A stretch of DNA of 59,265 nucleotides, the filler included, from Dirinaria sp. TL-2023a (Eukaryota): assembly GCA_051941275.1 (NCBI GenBank). It is 3 parts of 3 records of this genome, joined end to end, with 100 filler letters (N's around TTAATTAATTAA, not from the genome) between each part and the next. Parts side by side here need not be neighbours in the genome. Positions count along the whole stretch, not along the records: positions 1 to 19,707 come from JAVEBF010000317.1; 2 more parts are not named here. One strand, given 5' to 3'. The translations under genes and the position numbers were made by a program. The notes below the pieces were generated by a model. The model was not told where the DNA came from. It did no database searches and saw nothing but the letters and a program-made list of their open reading frames with translations. Below are positions 1-12,305 of this stretch, in pieces. How positions within the stretch are numbered: the first letter of the stretch is position 1; the number at the start of each line of letters is the position of its first letter.

Positions 1-636
1 GAGGAGGGGAGGCCATGGAAGCCACACACACGCCGCATCACATCTTCAGTTTCCCGTTTTTCACGCATCAATAATCTTTCTCTCTTATATTCCTCGCGCT
101 TACCTTCAACGAATTCCATACTTCAACAATGACCACTTCCCCCGAAACAAATCACTCCCATCATCCTTTTGAGTTAATCTTATTTGCATGAACCTCTGCA
201 TCTTCTCAGAGCAGAGCAAAGAGCAGAGCAAAGCAGAGGAATAGCGAACGCCAACCGTTTCTGAAGCATCAAGAGATCGGAAATTGGGGAGCGTGCTTTG
301 GACCTTCGGACCAGATAGATACAGGAGGGAGTTTGTTGTCAACGTATTCGGTACTACTGTAGTTTGAGATTCTGCATCAAACGGTTTCTCAATATGATGA
401 AAAAGTAACAGATTGATGATTGTAGGACATTTAATTGATTGTGAAAAAAGTTTGAAAGGAAGAAGAAGAAACATGATTTTCTTGGTGTGCTTTGCAAGGG
501 GGGTATCTTCGCTAGTTTTGCTCGGTGCATCGAAACAATAACAAAAAAACAAAACACAGATGGCCTGACTCCGACTCTTTTCGGAAAGTCCGCTTTTCAA
601 ATGGAGCATACTTATGCAGACAGCCCATGGCTGTCA

Positions 637-3600
637 TCACTCTTCCACAGGCATCGGCACCTGCAACTCGAGACCGCCGCTCGTACTCCTGCTCCTCCCC
701 CCATCACGCTCATCTGTGTTTCCACCTCCGCCGCCAACTCGCTTTGCTTCCTCGTGCAGTGCCGAGACCCTCAACTCCTCAACCTCTTCCCGCCGCACTT
801 CGCCTTTGAGCGCCTCGCTCGCACGGATCAATCCATCTATGCCAACTTCGTGATCACTAACCCCGCCCAAGCGATCATAGACGCCTCCTGCGCTTTCTTC
901 TTCCAGGAGCCTACCTTCATTGAGCTTGAGTAGCGCGAGCGCGACCTGGAACAGGAACGTCGAGCCATCGTTCAGACAGAGGACGACGTCCCAGACGCGA
1001 AACAGCGCTTCCGCCGACAAGCAAGCTGTGAAGACGCTCAGGAACCATTGGAAGGTCAGCGCTTCCAGATCGATGCCTAAATTATCGAGGTGCGTTGACA
1101 ATCTCGGTAGGAGACGAGCGACGTAATGCCGAAGGACGAGCTGGTCTGCGCGACTCGCTAGCAATGTACTGCTGTAGTAGCCGGGTGGCAGAATGTTTTC
1201 AATGATGGATGTAAGAAGCCAAAAGGCGTCCTCGGCCGTGGGCATGATCAGCAACAAACTCGCTGTAATCAAATTCATCCCCTGGCAGTAGCCTACTTCC
1301 GGGTTGCGTCTTGAGTACGCAAGCAACACCTCGTGCAACTTGCCCACGCCTGGCCCAGAACGAAAATATATGTTGTCCGTCATCGTGCGGTGAATATCCA
1401 TTTGTATCTGCATCTCGATTTCCGGGTCGTCACGACCAGCATGAGAAACTAGCTCGTCGTAGTAGCCGGGGACACGCAGAGCAGAAGCGCCGGAACATTC
1501 TGCCCATATTTTGGCGCGGTAAATTACTGGGATACCGGAGAGCACAAAGGATTTGAATTCCTTCCATTTAGCACGTCCGACTTTGCCTTTGTTGCCCAGC
1601 CCAGCCACGCCGATCATCTCACCGTCAGTTAGGGCCACTTCAGGCATAGTAGCTGCTTGCTTAGTTGTGGAGCTCGCTGACAAGACTTCGCCAGATCTAG
1701 CGCGCTCAGCGCGTACCTTGCGCAGAAATTCATTCCATTTTACCGTGCGCTCGTGCTGAAGGGAATCGTGAATTTCCGTCAGCTGAGCGAGTAGAAGCTT
1801 GACGGGCTCGACGTCAGTGGTTAAGCTGTCCGCTTGGATGCTGGTAGCACTGGTGGATGGAGTAGATATTTCGGCATTCGAGGCCGTAATAGGTGATGTT
1901 GCTGGCTCTGGGTTGAGGCTCGTGGCAGGAAGAGAGCCGCGCACTTCTCCAAACGTAGGTGAGCGCTTCAGAGGAATTGGTGTCTCAGCTGAAATTACGG
2001 TGGTGGTAGGTTTGGCAGATGGCGTGTGTGACAGCAGCTCTGTGGGGAAAGTAGCAACTTTCAGATAGTCCTGCCACCTCTTGGTTGGCTTCTCATCGGC
2101 TCTGTCGTCGGTTGAAGCTGGGGTATCAGGCCGTTGGACTGAATCTGTCCGAGAATGCATGCTTGCTCGGTCGCTTGTCAACGATTCAATTCCACTGCTC
2201 CTTTTGGCTTTAACATTGCTTGTTCTCAACTTCTCGACTTCGCGCTTTCGCCGGCGCTGATCGTAGATGAAGCCAAACCTATCCGTGAGAAACTCGGCCG
2301 AAGTATTGTTATAAGTCTGATCGGTTGGAGGCCTGGCATCAAGAGGCAGAATTGTATCCATTTCAACTGGACCCAGATTTGCAGACGTATCTGTAGACTT
2401 CGGGCTACCTGGGTGCTGAACGGCTGTTGGCTGCTGAGTGGCCTTCGGAGCGGCATTTGTGCGCAGGGGTAGAGGTGGGATGTTCTTCTTGACTATCCGA
2501 TTATCTGAACCCGTAGTGTTGACTTTCATAAGCGCAGCTTTAGCAGAGCTTGCTGTCTGAACCGATGCACTCGAAGTCGCTCTTGAATTTGTCGGAGCCC
2601 CGCTGCCAGTAGTAGCCGATCTACCCCTAGCGGTGTTCGAGCTCGGATTACGACCGGCCTGTGTGTTGCCTGCGAAAAGCTTCATGGTCCACGAGGCAAC
2701 AGAAGATGATGCTTTCCGTGATTTGTCGCCAACATTACTGGTACTCTGTGTAGTCGATGCCCGCTGCAATGGGCTGAAAAGATCTTCATCCAACGCTTTT
2801 CGACGCCCGTTGGCACCTCCCTGGCCTTGTAAATTCAAGGTAGCCTCTGCCTCTTCAGTGTTGTCACCGATGATACTGCTGGTGCGACTAGTCTTGCCTG
2901 ATAAGCCATTACCGTTCCAGAGATAGTCCTTCCAGCCTCGAACAGTGCTTGCCGTGCGACTTTGAGAGTCCAAGCTCGAAGTAGTTGACCTTCTTTCGTT
3001 GCCTTGCTGTACGATGTTGCCGGCCTTGATCGTTGCGTCCTTATCCTTGATATCCAAGGAATCCAAATAGCCTTCGTCCAACTCGAAAGGAGCCCCGACA
3101 TGATCTTGCATAGCTTCCCCCATCATCTGGTCTATGCCATTGGTGTGCCCGGCCTTGGAGTTCTCTTCACTTGCCCAAGGCCATGCCTTGACAGTTGAAT
3201 TTTGCCGGCGTACGGGATTCCCCATCAGATTGCCCACCCGACGCAGTCGACTTTCAATGTCCACATTTGAGACCTCAACCTCTTGCAGCATCATTTTGAG
3301 CTCTTTTTCTCGTTCTTCCGCTCGACGCCTCATGGAAGTGATCTCAGCATCACGCTGCGCTAGGTCTTCCGCAAGCCGGCGAACCAAAGCCACTGCACCA
3401 ATCCTTGCAATATGATGCTGAATATGTTCATCGCTGGCATAATGAAGGGAACCTGGGATCTCGTTCGCCGTAGCTCTGGGCGAATCATCGAACAATGCAG
3501 TCCTCCCACGAGAAGACGCACTCCGCTGAATTAGAGTCTGGACGATAGATGGCGGAGCAGCCGAATCTCTGCGGGGCCCGTGGGGGAATGAGTCAGTCCC

Positions 3601-3816
3601 AGCGACGGGACTGGTGTTGAAGGAGCCGACGACTTTGGGGCCTGGAGACTCCTCGGGTGAAAGAGAAGGAAAAGATACCAAGGATTTGGCAGAATTTGGG
3701 GTGACAAGCGACTGCTTGCGCGACCTCGAGCGAACGGTGCCAGGGCGGTGGGAGACTGAACTGGTCGATACTGTGGATGATTTACGCTCCGGGCGGATGT
3801 CACGTTCGCTTGCCAT
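637..3816 (-). CDS. TBC-domain Rab GTPase-activating protein (1059 aa) with N-terminal coiled coil and long Ser/Thr-rich linker
   Basis: Single long ORF. TBC motifs SGIPVIYRAKIW, arginine finger IQMDIHRT (IxxDxxR), glutamine finger YCQGMN, EDAFW, FQWFLSVF, RVWD; upstream TDRFGFIYD motif typical of fungal TBC proteins. Confidence 0.93.
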   Translation of the reverse strand: MASERDIRPERKSSTVSTSSVSHRPGTVRSRSRKQSLVTPNSAKSLVSFPSLSPEESPGPKVVGSFNTSPVAGTDSFPHGPRRDSAAPPSIVQTLIQRSASSRGRTALFDDSPRATANEIPGSLHYASDEHIQHHIARIGAVALVRRLAEDLAQRDAEITSMRRRAEEREKELKMMLQEVEVSNVDIESRLRRVGNLMGNPVRRQNSTVKAWPWASEENSKAGHTNGIDQMMGEAMQDHVGAPFELDEGYLDSLDIKDKDATIKAGNIVQQGNERRSTTSSLDSQSRTASTVRGWKDYLWNGNGLSGKTSRTSSIIGDNTEEAEATLNLQGQGGANGRRKALDEDLFSPLQRASTTQSTSNVGDKSRKASSSVASWTMKLFAGNTQAGRNPSSNTARGRSATTGSGAPTNSRATSSASVQTASSAKAALMKVNTTGSDNRIVKKNIPPLPLRTNAAPKATQQPTAVQHPGSPKSTDTSANLGPVEMDTILPLDARPPTDQTYNNTSAEFLTDRFGFIYDQRRRKREVEKLRTSNVKAKRSSGIESLTSDRASMHSRTDSVQRPDTPASTDDRADEKPTKRWQDYLKVATFPTELLSHTPSAKPTTTVISAETPIPLKRSPTFGEVRGSLPATSLNPEPATSPITASNAEISTPSTSATSIQADSLTTDVEPVKLLLAQLTEIHDSLQHERTVKWNEFLRKVRAERARSGEVLSASSTTKQAATMPEVALTDGEMIGVAGLGNKGKVGRAKWKEFKSFVLSGIPVIYRAKIWAECSGASALRVPGYYDELVSHAGRDDPEIEMQIQMDIHRTMTDNIYFRSGPGVGKLHEVLLAYSRRNPEVGYCQGMNLITASLLLIMPTAEDAFWLLTSIIENILPPGYYSSTLLASRADQLVLRHYVARLLPRLSTHLDNLGIDLEALTFQWFLSVFTACLSAEALFRVWDVVLCLNDGSTFLFQVALALLKLNEGRLLEEESAGGVYDRLGGVSDHEVGIDGLIRASEALKGEVRREEVEELRVSALHEEAKRVGGGGGNTDERDGGRSRSTSGGLELQVPMPVEE

Positions 3817-4504
3817 AGCAAAGGATCAGTAGCCTATGTCTCTGAAGGCCAGACACATGAGAGGGTGAATTGAGAAAAATCGGGAGGGGAGGATCTGACG
3901 TGGCGCCTGTGCGGAGCTATTACCGTCATCCAGGAAAACATTGATAATAGATACTAATGACATTTCGTCATCGTTCGTTGGCAGGCATCCCCACCGCCTT
4001 TATTCCTTCGCTTCGTCGTTCTTCTTCGTGAGACTGCCGGACTGAAACCGCGAACATGGGATGCGAAAACAAAGGTGTTACTATTGGGCAGAGAGTGTGT
4101 AGGATGAGGCGGTACATAAGGCATCTATGGCCACCTCTCACTCGCGGCGGGTACCTTACGCGTTGTGGCGTCAAGCCGAGGAAGTTGTTTGGTCTGTTTG
4201 CACTCTGCAGTCGACTGTACATTTACCTTGGTAAAAGATACCTTACTTCTACAGCAGCTGCCCATGCCAAAGAAGAAAGAGAGAGGGTGAACAGTATCGC
4301 TTTCGGATTATTTGAACTGCTAATAATAATAAAACCATCGAAGAATACAATCTTAGGCGGATTCAGATTTTAAGTACAAACAGCGAGAATCTGCTGAGGC
4401 AGTAACCGAACATTGCTGTTTCGAATACAGATTAATCCCCTGTATTTCCTCTAGATCCTGCCCACACTCCGAGAAAACGACTTTGTTCTCTTCAGGCACA
4501 ATAT

Positions 4505-7479
4505 TTACTGGCTGGAAGGTGCTATCCTCGCCGTTGCAGGCCGTATGACGGCCGCGCCAGTGTGTTTGGACATGACACCGGAATCGGAATGGCCAGCGTC
4601 CGAGACCCTCTCTAATTCGGTATCGTCACCCATGATTTTGGTAGTCACGTCCCCATGCACGCTGTACTGTTGGCTGATGCGATCTGCGCCAGTGCTCTGG
4701 CTCACGCTGCTCATAGAGGTACTGGATCTGTGATTGACCAGATCTGGGGTGGGCGGAATGCTCGAGTTGCGAGCGCTAGGGCTCAGGTAGCTAGTGTCGT
4801 TTTCAGATGCAGCCTCGCCCATTTCACTGCCTTCGGCGGGTGCCGGAGGTTCATGCTTATTGTCGGTCGCCTCGAACAGTTTCCCTTCTGAGTTCGAATT
4901 GTCAAGGACATCCCCTTCGTCGTCAGCATCATGCGCCAGCTGAAGACCTTCTACAGCGGCGGCACACTGCTCTGAAATATTACGGATGATGTCCGCGATA
5001 GCATCGGTTTTGTCTCGAAGGTGTCTGTCGGCAAGATCGGCAATACTAAGACGATTGGCACGCTTGCTGCCGTCGCCAACAAGAGAGCTGAAGAATGATT
5101 TCTCCATCTCAGGGTTGACTTTCTCGGCGTCAAGGCCATCTACAATACTCGACCGACTGTATGATCGATGGGGCTCAGCTGGAACAGCGAGGCCATCCTG
5201 ATGGACGACTTCATCGACCCCGTCGTCCCTGTCGTTCTCGACGTTGTCGAAGCTTTCGTCGGCTTCACTGCTCAGTTCAGGTGCTTTATTCAGCTGGCGA
5301 ACAATATGCTCCATGTGGTGAGTCTGGCCGTCGATGAGGCTGTGCAGGTGCATGACCACCCGTTGAGACTCCTCTCGCTGGCGCAAGATAGTTTTGTTGG
5401 CCTGCTTGAGAGCATTTAGCTGTTTAAGATTACGCTGTCGCTCGCGTTCCAGTTGTTCAGCGACTCCTTGCTGTAGGACAAGAGCTTCAAGTGCATCGTC
5501 ACGCTGTCTCTCAGTCCCAGAAAGACGCAGTGTGAGGCGGGCAGCATCGTGATTTTGTTGGTCGATGAGAGATGTAAGGCGGCGGTTTTCACGCTTATGA
5601 GATTCAATCTTAACCTTGAGCTCTTGAGTCTCTTTGGTAAGCTGCTCTGCGAACGCTTGAAACTTGAGAAACTAGATGGCTCGTTAACCTGGTAAACACA
5701 GAAATGATGACAACGCTTACCTGTTGCTTCCAGCTCTCTAATTCTTCGACCAGGAAGTTGTTCCGTTTAGTGACCTTCGATAAGTCCATGTCCATCCTAC
5801 CCTTGAGATTGATGAAGTCTTGCCAAGCCTCGGTAGCATCTCTTGAGTATTGATTGCGCTCTCGAACAATCTCATTTAGATGCCTCACTGAAACTTTCGT
5901 CATGAGAGGCTTCTTCACAGCACCTCCAAATACCGCTTTAATACCCGTGTTGCGGCCCTAATGATGATCAATAAGACCTTCGCTTGAAGAATTGGTGGAT
6001 GCTTACCAATTTCTCACACACGTGATCCATGACAGACATCACAGCATCCTGGTTCCACCAGGCTGGATTTTCTACGCTCTCAACTTCACCTCTCATAACG
6101 ATGATTTGGCCAGCAGGAACAAGCTTTCCACCGCCGTAGGCTGATTTCAAATGATTTGGTACACCAGAAGGAGCAACATCACCATTGAGTGCTTGCGTTA
6201 GCCGGCTGATCATCTTGGCTCGTTGGCCAGATGTCAGGACTGTCGGAGGACTTGAGGTAAGAACGAAATTTCGGTCTAGGTCGATGACCAAAGCATCGCT
6301 GGGAGCTGTGAACAGTGACCGACATTCAGACGTGATACCAAGCATGTAAGGACCAGGCTCTTGCACCAACTCCTTGGCATGACGTGCATGCACCACTGGC
6401 ACATAGAGACCACTCCATTCATAGACTCGAACGCAGAAACGAATAGTCTCAGACGCGATAGTGAGCATTGCTGGGTAATGACTGACGAAAACGATTCTTC
6501 TAGTGGAGGAAACGGCAGCTTCGATCACCCCTACGATGTTAGGGATAGACAGACAGGTGAACAACGGCCACATTGCAAAATTCTGGAATTCGGTGGGCGA
6601 AGAAGGAAACTGGTAGCAAAGCGCGTAGTCTTTCATGTCGATACGCACCAGGTCGTTGAGTCTGGGTGCTGGAAAGCTGAGTATGCGTGAGACCTCTTCT
6701 GCGTGGAATAGGTTTGTTGCTTTGTTCCAGTGAATCCACATGCCACGCAGATAATCTCCAAGGAGATCATACAGCGGGTACCTCGAGAGGAAGCTGAGAC
6801 AATAAGGGATCCAGTAAGTATCATCGGGCGAATCATAGTAATCCGACTCAGTCCGCTTCCGTAGATCACGAATGGTATCGGCCCGCTTCTGATCCGCTCG
6901 AGACCACACTCTCAGGGCAATTCCATAAAGCGTGTGCGATGAATCTTGTTGGAGAACGAAGGAGTGGTGCACGCAATGGGGCTGGCTCCGGCCAATGCAC
7001 ACTTCTACGTCATGAGGAAAGCAGGCCTGGTGCTGTCAGTCAAGAGCTCGGAATCGAGGCATCTGCCAACTCACCCTCATCGCAGCATGTAGAGATCTTG
7101 CTATTTCATTATCCTGATCGAGCCTTGGGCTGCTCCCAAGAATTTCCGGAAGCCAGTACTGGCCGATTGCGCCCTTCATATGGGCGATCTTGCCCTGGGT
7201 TGGCGCTGGCGCGCGGACCCACTGGGATGGCTCACGGCCCACGCCGCATACCATGTAGGCATGTGTGAGAGTTTTGGGAGTTCGCTGACTTGGCTTGATA
7301 TTGAGAGTGGACGGGATGGGCTGTGTGATCCTTGAATGGAGGGAAGACGTCCGACTTGGAATGATGAGTGAGTGATCGCCATGATCTTTGTGCGAAGTCG
7401 AAGGACGAGCATCCGTCGACGATGGTCTGTCCCTCGTCGAAGGCCGATTCCAAGCACGCTCACGTAGTGACGGTGCCAT
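4505..7479 (-). CDS. DENN (uDENN/cDENN) domain protein with C-terminal coiled coil; 4 exons
   Basis: Exons 7479-7075, 7026-6007, 5957-5721 and 5671-4505 join in frame across GT-AG introns 7027-7074, 5958-6006 and 5672-5720. DENN-type motifs ACFPHD, HSFVLQ..LYGIAL, YCLSFLSRYP, RRIVFVS, YVPVVH, PGPYMLGI, LVIDLD. Confidence 0.88.
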
Positions 7480-9781
7480 ATTGAATATGGTAACAGCCGG
7501 GAACGATTACCTGAAGGAGTATGAGATCGAAGGAGCAGTTGAAAGAAACGCATGCAGCAGAAACGGCTGGCTTACCTGGATGCACGAGTACGGGAACCCA
7601 CAAATTTTATGCAAGTTTGATATGCAGAGAAAGTTGCAGTAGCCGCACCCGCGAACCTGGATCTGAAAGGGGCGCCAAAGCGCAACAAACAGTTGCAATC
7701 GCAGTGCGAGACGAATTGATAGTATCAATTGACTGAAGAAGAGACGCGAAAAATGAGGGGAAGGCAGCTGTTATGCTTCCCCCTCAAAGAGACGCCGAGA
7801 CCTGCAGAGGCGGCGAGGCAGGCGAGGCAGGCAATTATGATTGAGGCAATAATGTTCAAGTAATGTGAAAACGAAAAATAGGAGCTAAATTGCCCACCAG
7901 GCACCTTCGCACCCCCTCCGGCGTGGGAAATTTGCTAGAGAACCAATGACACGTTAGTGCCAGCTGCGGAGCGACGGGAAGCAAATCGTTCTGTCTGGAC
8001 TGGCTAACCCTTTACAGCCAGGTGATACCGCGCCGGCAGCAGCCAGCAGGGGGCAGTCAAAAGGAGTTGCGTCTCTTGGTAACAGAGTACCAGACTACCA
8101 GGGCCGTTCCACCGATCCAGCCAAATGCATTATCTTAGTGCGAGAAATCTATCGACAAGTGGTGAGGGGGATCATCATGCGGTCTGTGTGTGCCAAAAAA
8201 AAAATGATGATGCTAAGTCGCGTTCTTTGTTCGTTCACCGAGACCTTCACCGAGACTCTTCAAAAAGACTCCTGCCCGCTTACATTTCGCGATTGGAAGG
8301 TCAAACGCGCCTTGAGCATAATTTATGCACGCGAGTTAGATGAACACGATCAGATTCATTATTATTATTGCTTTGATCTCCCAATCCCATGATACTTTGC
8401 ATCAGACTGACATCTCAGCTGCATGTGATATCCAGCGCAGACGTGCGTTAAATTTTCCGAGACCAACTAGGAGAATAAATTCTTTTGACTTTTACATGAG
8501 GTCAGGTCTCCCCTCCAGAAGGTCGGCCGAAAAGGGGTACATCTGGCCGGCAAGGATTGGTCTGGCTTTCCACATATCACATATGCCGAGATGCTCTCTC
8601 CGCCTGGGATCATTCGTTTTCAACTTTTTTTTGGATATGGATATCGGCTGCTGTATTCGGTTCCTGATGCGAGCCATTCCCCCCTTACATACGTTACAAG
8701 CCCTCACCTCGATCAGTGGCCGTCTGCCTCAAGGTACCTTACCTTATCGCCAAGATGAAGTACCCTACTGTACTGTGGAGTAGGACTTCCACGTGGTAAG
8801 GTAGAACAACGCCAAGACGAGCCCCCACCCCTCCCACGCTCTCCGCCATCCTTGCAGGCGCCACATTTCGAAGAACTTTCCCTTAAGGTATAGATGTCTA
8901 CTCGACTGTACACGCTCGGACAGCTGTAATAACAGCACTGCAACTATGTTATATGCCTTAAGAAAGCTCCAATTGCTAATCAGGTGGGGATGTGTCGACT
9001 GGCTTGCCGGCATTGTTGCTACAATTATCAAGATGTTGAACCCTGAGCATCCGTACCCATGTAGACCCACAGAACCCAGGTGCTTCTATCGATAATGCAG
9101 GTTCTAGACCTATCAGAGTGTAGTCCTGATCTTTCAAATTGTTGAACGGCTTTCAAGTCTGGTATGACATCCAGATCCTGTCTCCTATTTTGACAGCGTG
9201 GCAAGTGACTGGTTTTCTTGAAACTTGGTTCAGTCCTTGCCGGAATTATAATACCTTACGATCCAGACGCACTGTGAGTTGAATTTTGAATCTTTGCTCC
9301 TGGCAAAAGCCGAATGAGGTTCAAAACAGTATTGAATCACCGGCAATCCGAGGGTCGCAGGAATGTACGTGTCCATACCCTGATGGACAAATAATGTTCA
9401 TATAAAAACCGACTTTGATTTCTGTAAAACTGCCTGTTCGTTGACCGCATTGACAGCTTGACGTACTGTTTCATTCACGACATAATTTTCTAGTGTGAAG
9501 ATGCTGAAGATGCTGGGATCTCTCCGCGTCTTTCAGTTGAGATCGAATCAACTATTGCTAGTATCATCGATCAGATCATTAAATTGACGATGGCACCCAT
9601 GAACTTTGAAGAGGTACTTGGGGGGTGGTGAGAAAAAATGCTGCTTCAACCCTAAGAACCTAACCCTGAAAAATTGGGATACTTTGAGCCTCGGCATTAA
9701 TAGGCGATGTGTCTTACCATCTTCTCCCTGTCGTCCGTGCCATTTTCGGTCATCGAGAGTCTCAGAAATCCTGTCCCAATA

Positions 9782-11188
9782 ATGCCTGATCTACTGCTGA
9801 GTGAGCTCTGCGCTATCTGGTCTGCTTTGTCTGTTTCTGATGTCTTTGATACTCATGATTTACCAGTCATATACGCCCACACAAATACCGCTGCCCGCGT
9901 TGTTCGGCCCTTACCTGTTCCCTTCCCTGCGTCAAACGTCACAAATTATGGTCACAATGCAATGGCGTCCGCGATCCCGCAGCTTATATGAAGCGAAGCC
10001 AACTAGCAACTCCACGAGGAATCGACCATGACTACAACTACCTTACTAGCATCGAGCGCCAGCTAGATAACGCCCAGCGGGATGCCGATCACAGAGGCGT
10101 GATCATACATGATGCCGTCACTGCCGACGGGAATTGGAAAGCGAAGGGGCTCGATGGGCCGAAGAAAGGAGAAGAGCCGATGAGGAAAGCTGCTGAGAGA
10201 TGTGGTGTTATTATTGCAAGAGCGCCCGACGGGATGTCTCGACGAAGGAATAACGCCACTCATTGGTACAAAAAGTGAGCATATTTGCAAGTAGATGGAT
10301 GCGAACTACGCTGAACAATTCAGGAAGAAGCAGCTGCTGTGGACTATAGAATGGATACATAACGATGGTCGTTCGGAACTCGGTACCTGCTTTGAGAGCA
10401 CACCGATAGCAGATGCGTATGCTGCTCAGTTCCTCCCACAAAGCCCCGAGCAAGATTTTAATGCGCCCCCTAAGAAACGACAAAAACGATTCGATGGCAG
10501 AAGAGCGGCGGTGAGTCCGATTCCTACGCAAGAGAGACCCGATTTCCTTGGGTCGGACAATACATGCCCGCCAAAGCCTGTCGCCGCAGATGCTGGAAAC
10601 GGAGTGCCTTCCCAGTCTGGTCTTCCAATTCAAGAGCCCGTTCCTCAGGCTCCAACGGACGCTCACTCCGAAGACAAGCTTAAATCAATCACTGCAGACC
10701 TTGACAGCCCGCAGCAAGAAGCGCTACCTGCTGCAGTGGCGCCCTCTCCATCCATTTCTGTGCGCCCTCAACCCCCATACTCGGCCAATGTTCTGGACGA
10801 ACCTCCACCAATCAACGATACAACCACAGCAGCTTCCTCACTGCACTACTATCTCCATGCGCCTCGTCTACCTTCCATGCATCCTGTATTAATTCCACTC
10901 CCGCCAAATGCCACGCTTTCCGAATCTCTACAGGGACGTCTCGTTCTCGAATACCCAACCATCTACGTGTTAGCCGAGCAGCCCGAAAAGCTCCCAGATA
11001 AATACATCACCGAAGAAATCTTTTTTAAGAAGTTGCAAGAAAACGGCTACAGAGAACGGCTAGAAGCAAGATTGACAGGACAAGAGGAGGGAGAGTTAGG
11101 CAACGAAGTTCCGCTGGGTAAGAATAGCCTGGATGAGGGGAAACTCGAAGAAGTATTGGATAGGGACCTGATATCATTAAAAGAGTGA
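9782..11188 (+). CDS. BCD1: Box C/D snoRNP assembly factor with zf-HIT domain (Bcd1/ZNHIT6); 3 exons
   Basis: Removing introns 9820-9866 and 10275-10323 gives CAIC..KYRCPRCSALTCSLPCVKRHK..CNGVRDP (zf-HIT), IDHDYNYLTSIER, GMSRRRNN, LLWTIEW and C-terminal LSESLQGRLVLEYPTIYV. Confidence 0.88.
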
Positions 11189-11353
11189 ATGGGTAAGCAT
11201 CCTCCATTCAACTCAGCCATCATGAAGTGCCGTGGCAGTACTGGCAGATTTTTATGATACATCTCCGCCAAAGGAGTTTTAAGAAGCCGTCAGTTCGTAC
11301 ATTACAAAGGGCAAGCCCAATGACTACCATGCCGCCAGCAGCATTCATCCACC

Positions 11354-11887
11354 TTACACTTTCGACGGATCGCTCGGAACTGTCTTCTCTATCAGTTTCG
11401 CGTCAATCTTCTTTCGCCCTTCCATCACTTTCCCGATCCAACCGTCCTCTGCCGCCGTCTTGTTCGTTTCGTGATCCCACTCCTCGTCATGTTTCTCAAT
11501 TTTCCCATGCGCATCGAAATGAAAAGTCACTTTTGAGTTCACCGTTTTCTCCGTCCCTTTACTCTTGAAGGGTATGGGGCTCTTGAATACATAATGCTGC
11601 GTCAGGTTCACCGCCAGCGTATTCGGGACAGTCCCTGCGAGTACATCGCAACGTTGAGTGTTGGACTCGGCGAAGAGTTTCGGCATGCCATTGAACTGCG
11701 AGCGAATGCTATCTAGGCCTTCGGCGATGGAGACCGGGTCATGGAAGACTGCGGTGGGAGAATAATGTGCATATGCCTCCTCCGAAGGATGAAGCTGGTA
11801 GAGCTTGAGGATGTCGGCAATGACACTCTGCTCGCTTTCAGTGGGGTGACGGGTGGGAAGAGTGCCTGCACTGGATTCGGTTGCCAT
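11354..11887 (-). CDS. Small NTF2/SnoaL-like fold protein of unknown function
   Basis: ATG at 11887 (MATESS). Pattern YSPTAVFHDPV..AEGLDSIRSQF...FDAHGKIEKHDEEWD is typical of NTF2-like/SnoaL domains. Confidence 0.7.
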   Translation of the reverse strand: MATESSAGTLPTRHPTESEQSVIADILKLYQLHPSEEAYAHYSPTAVFHDPVSIAEGLDSIRSQFNGMPKLFAESNTQRCDVLAGTVPNTLAVNLTQHYVFKSPIPFKSKGTEKTVNSKVTFHFDAHGKIEKHDEEWDHETNKTAAEDGWIGKVMEGRKKIDAKLIEKTVPSDPSKV

Positions 11888-12305
11888 TTTGCGTTGGGTA
11901 GGGGTTTCTGAAGGTGCAGACTTGTAAACCTGTAGACGAAACAATTGGTTCTACACTGGTCTTAGAAGTAAAGAGTAGCGACTGTTCCATTATTGAGGAA
12001 GAAGGTAATGAAGTAATGTCAATGACGCATTCGCCTACACCCCCTCGACCCCGGATTTTCCCCAGACATTCGGGGATCATAATTAGGTACTCGTAGCTAC
12101 CTTAGTAAGGTCGGACGATTACCTAGGCACCTTTTAGTACGTAACCGGCGCCCCCCACTCGCTCCAAGGTGCACTGGCTCGACTGGTTAGGGGAGCTCGG
12201 CTCAGAATTCAGCCTCGGTATCCTCATGATATTCGTATCATTCTCCCCATTGACATTCTAATCTACGTCCATCCAAGTATGCATTCTGCTCCTTCAGTAC
12301 TCAAA

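Noticed and set aside
106..933. ORFs 106-609, 354-557 and 487-933
   Set aside because: They lie in the 3' flank of, or antisense to, the TBC gene and have no recognisable motifs.
7754..7786. 13-bp imperfect hairpin TGAGGGGAAGGCA-loop-TGCTTCCCCCTCA upstream of the DENN gene
   Set aside because: Single short hairpin in a purine/pyrimidine-biased leader; could arise by chance, and bacterial-type terminators do not apply here.
8100..9600. Possible snoRNA (box C-like ATGATGA at about 8204) or small ORFs in the long DENN-BCD1 intergenic region
   Set aside because: No terminal stem, suitably placed box D or recognisable rRNA guide; the ORFs lack coding features.
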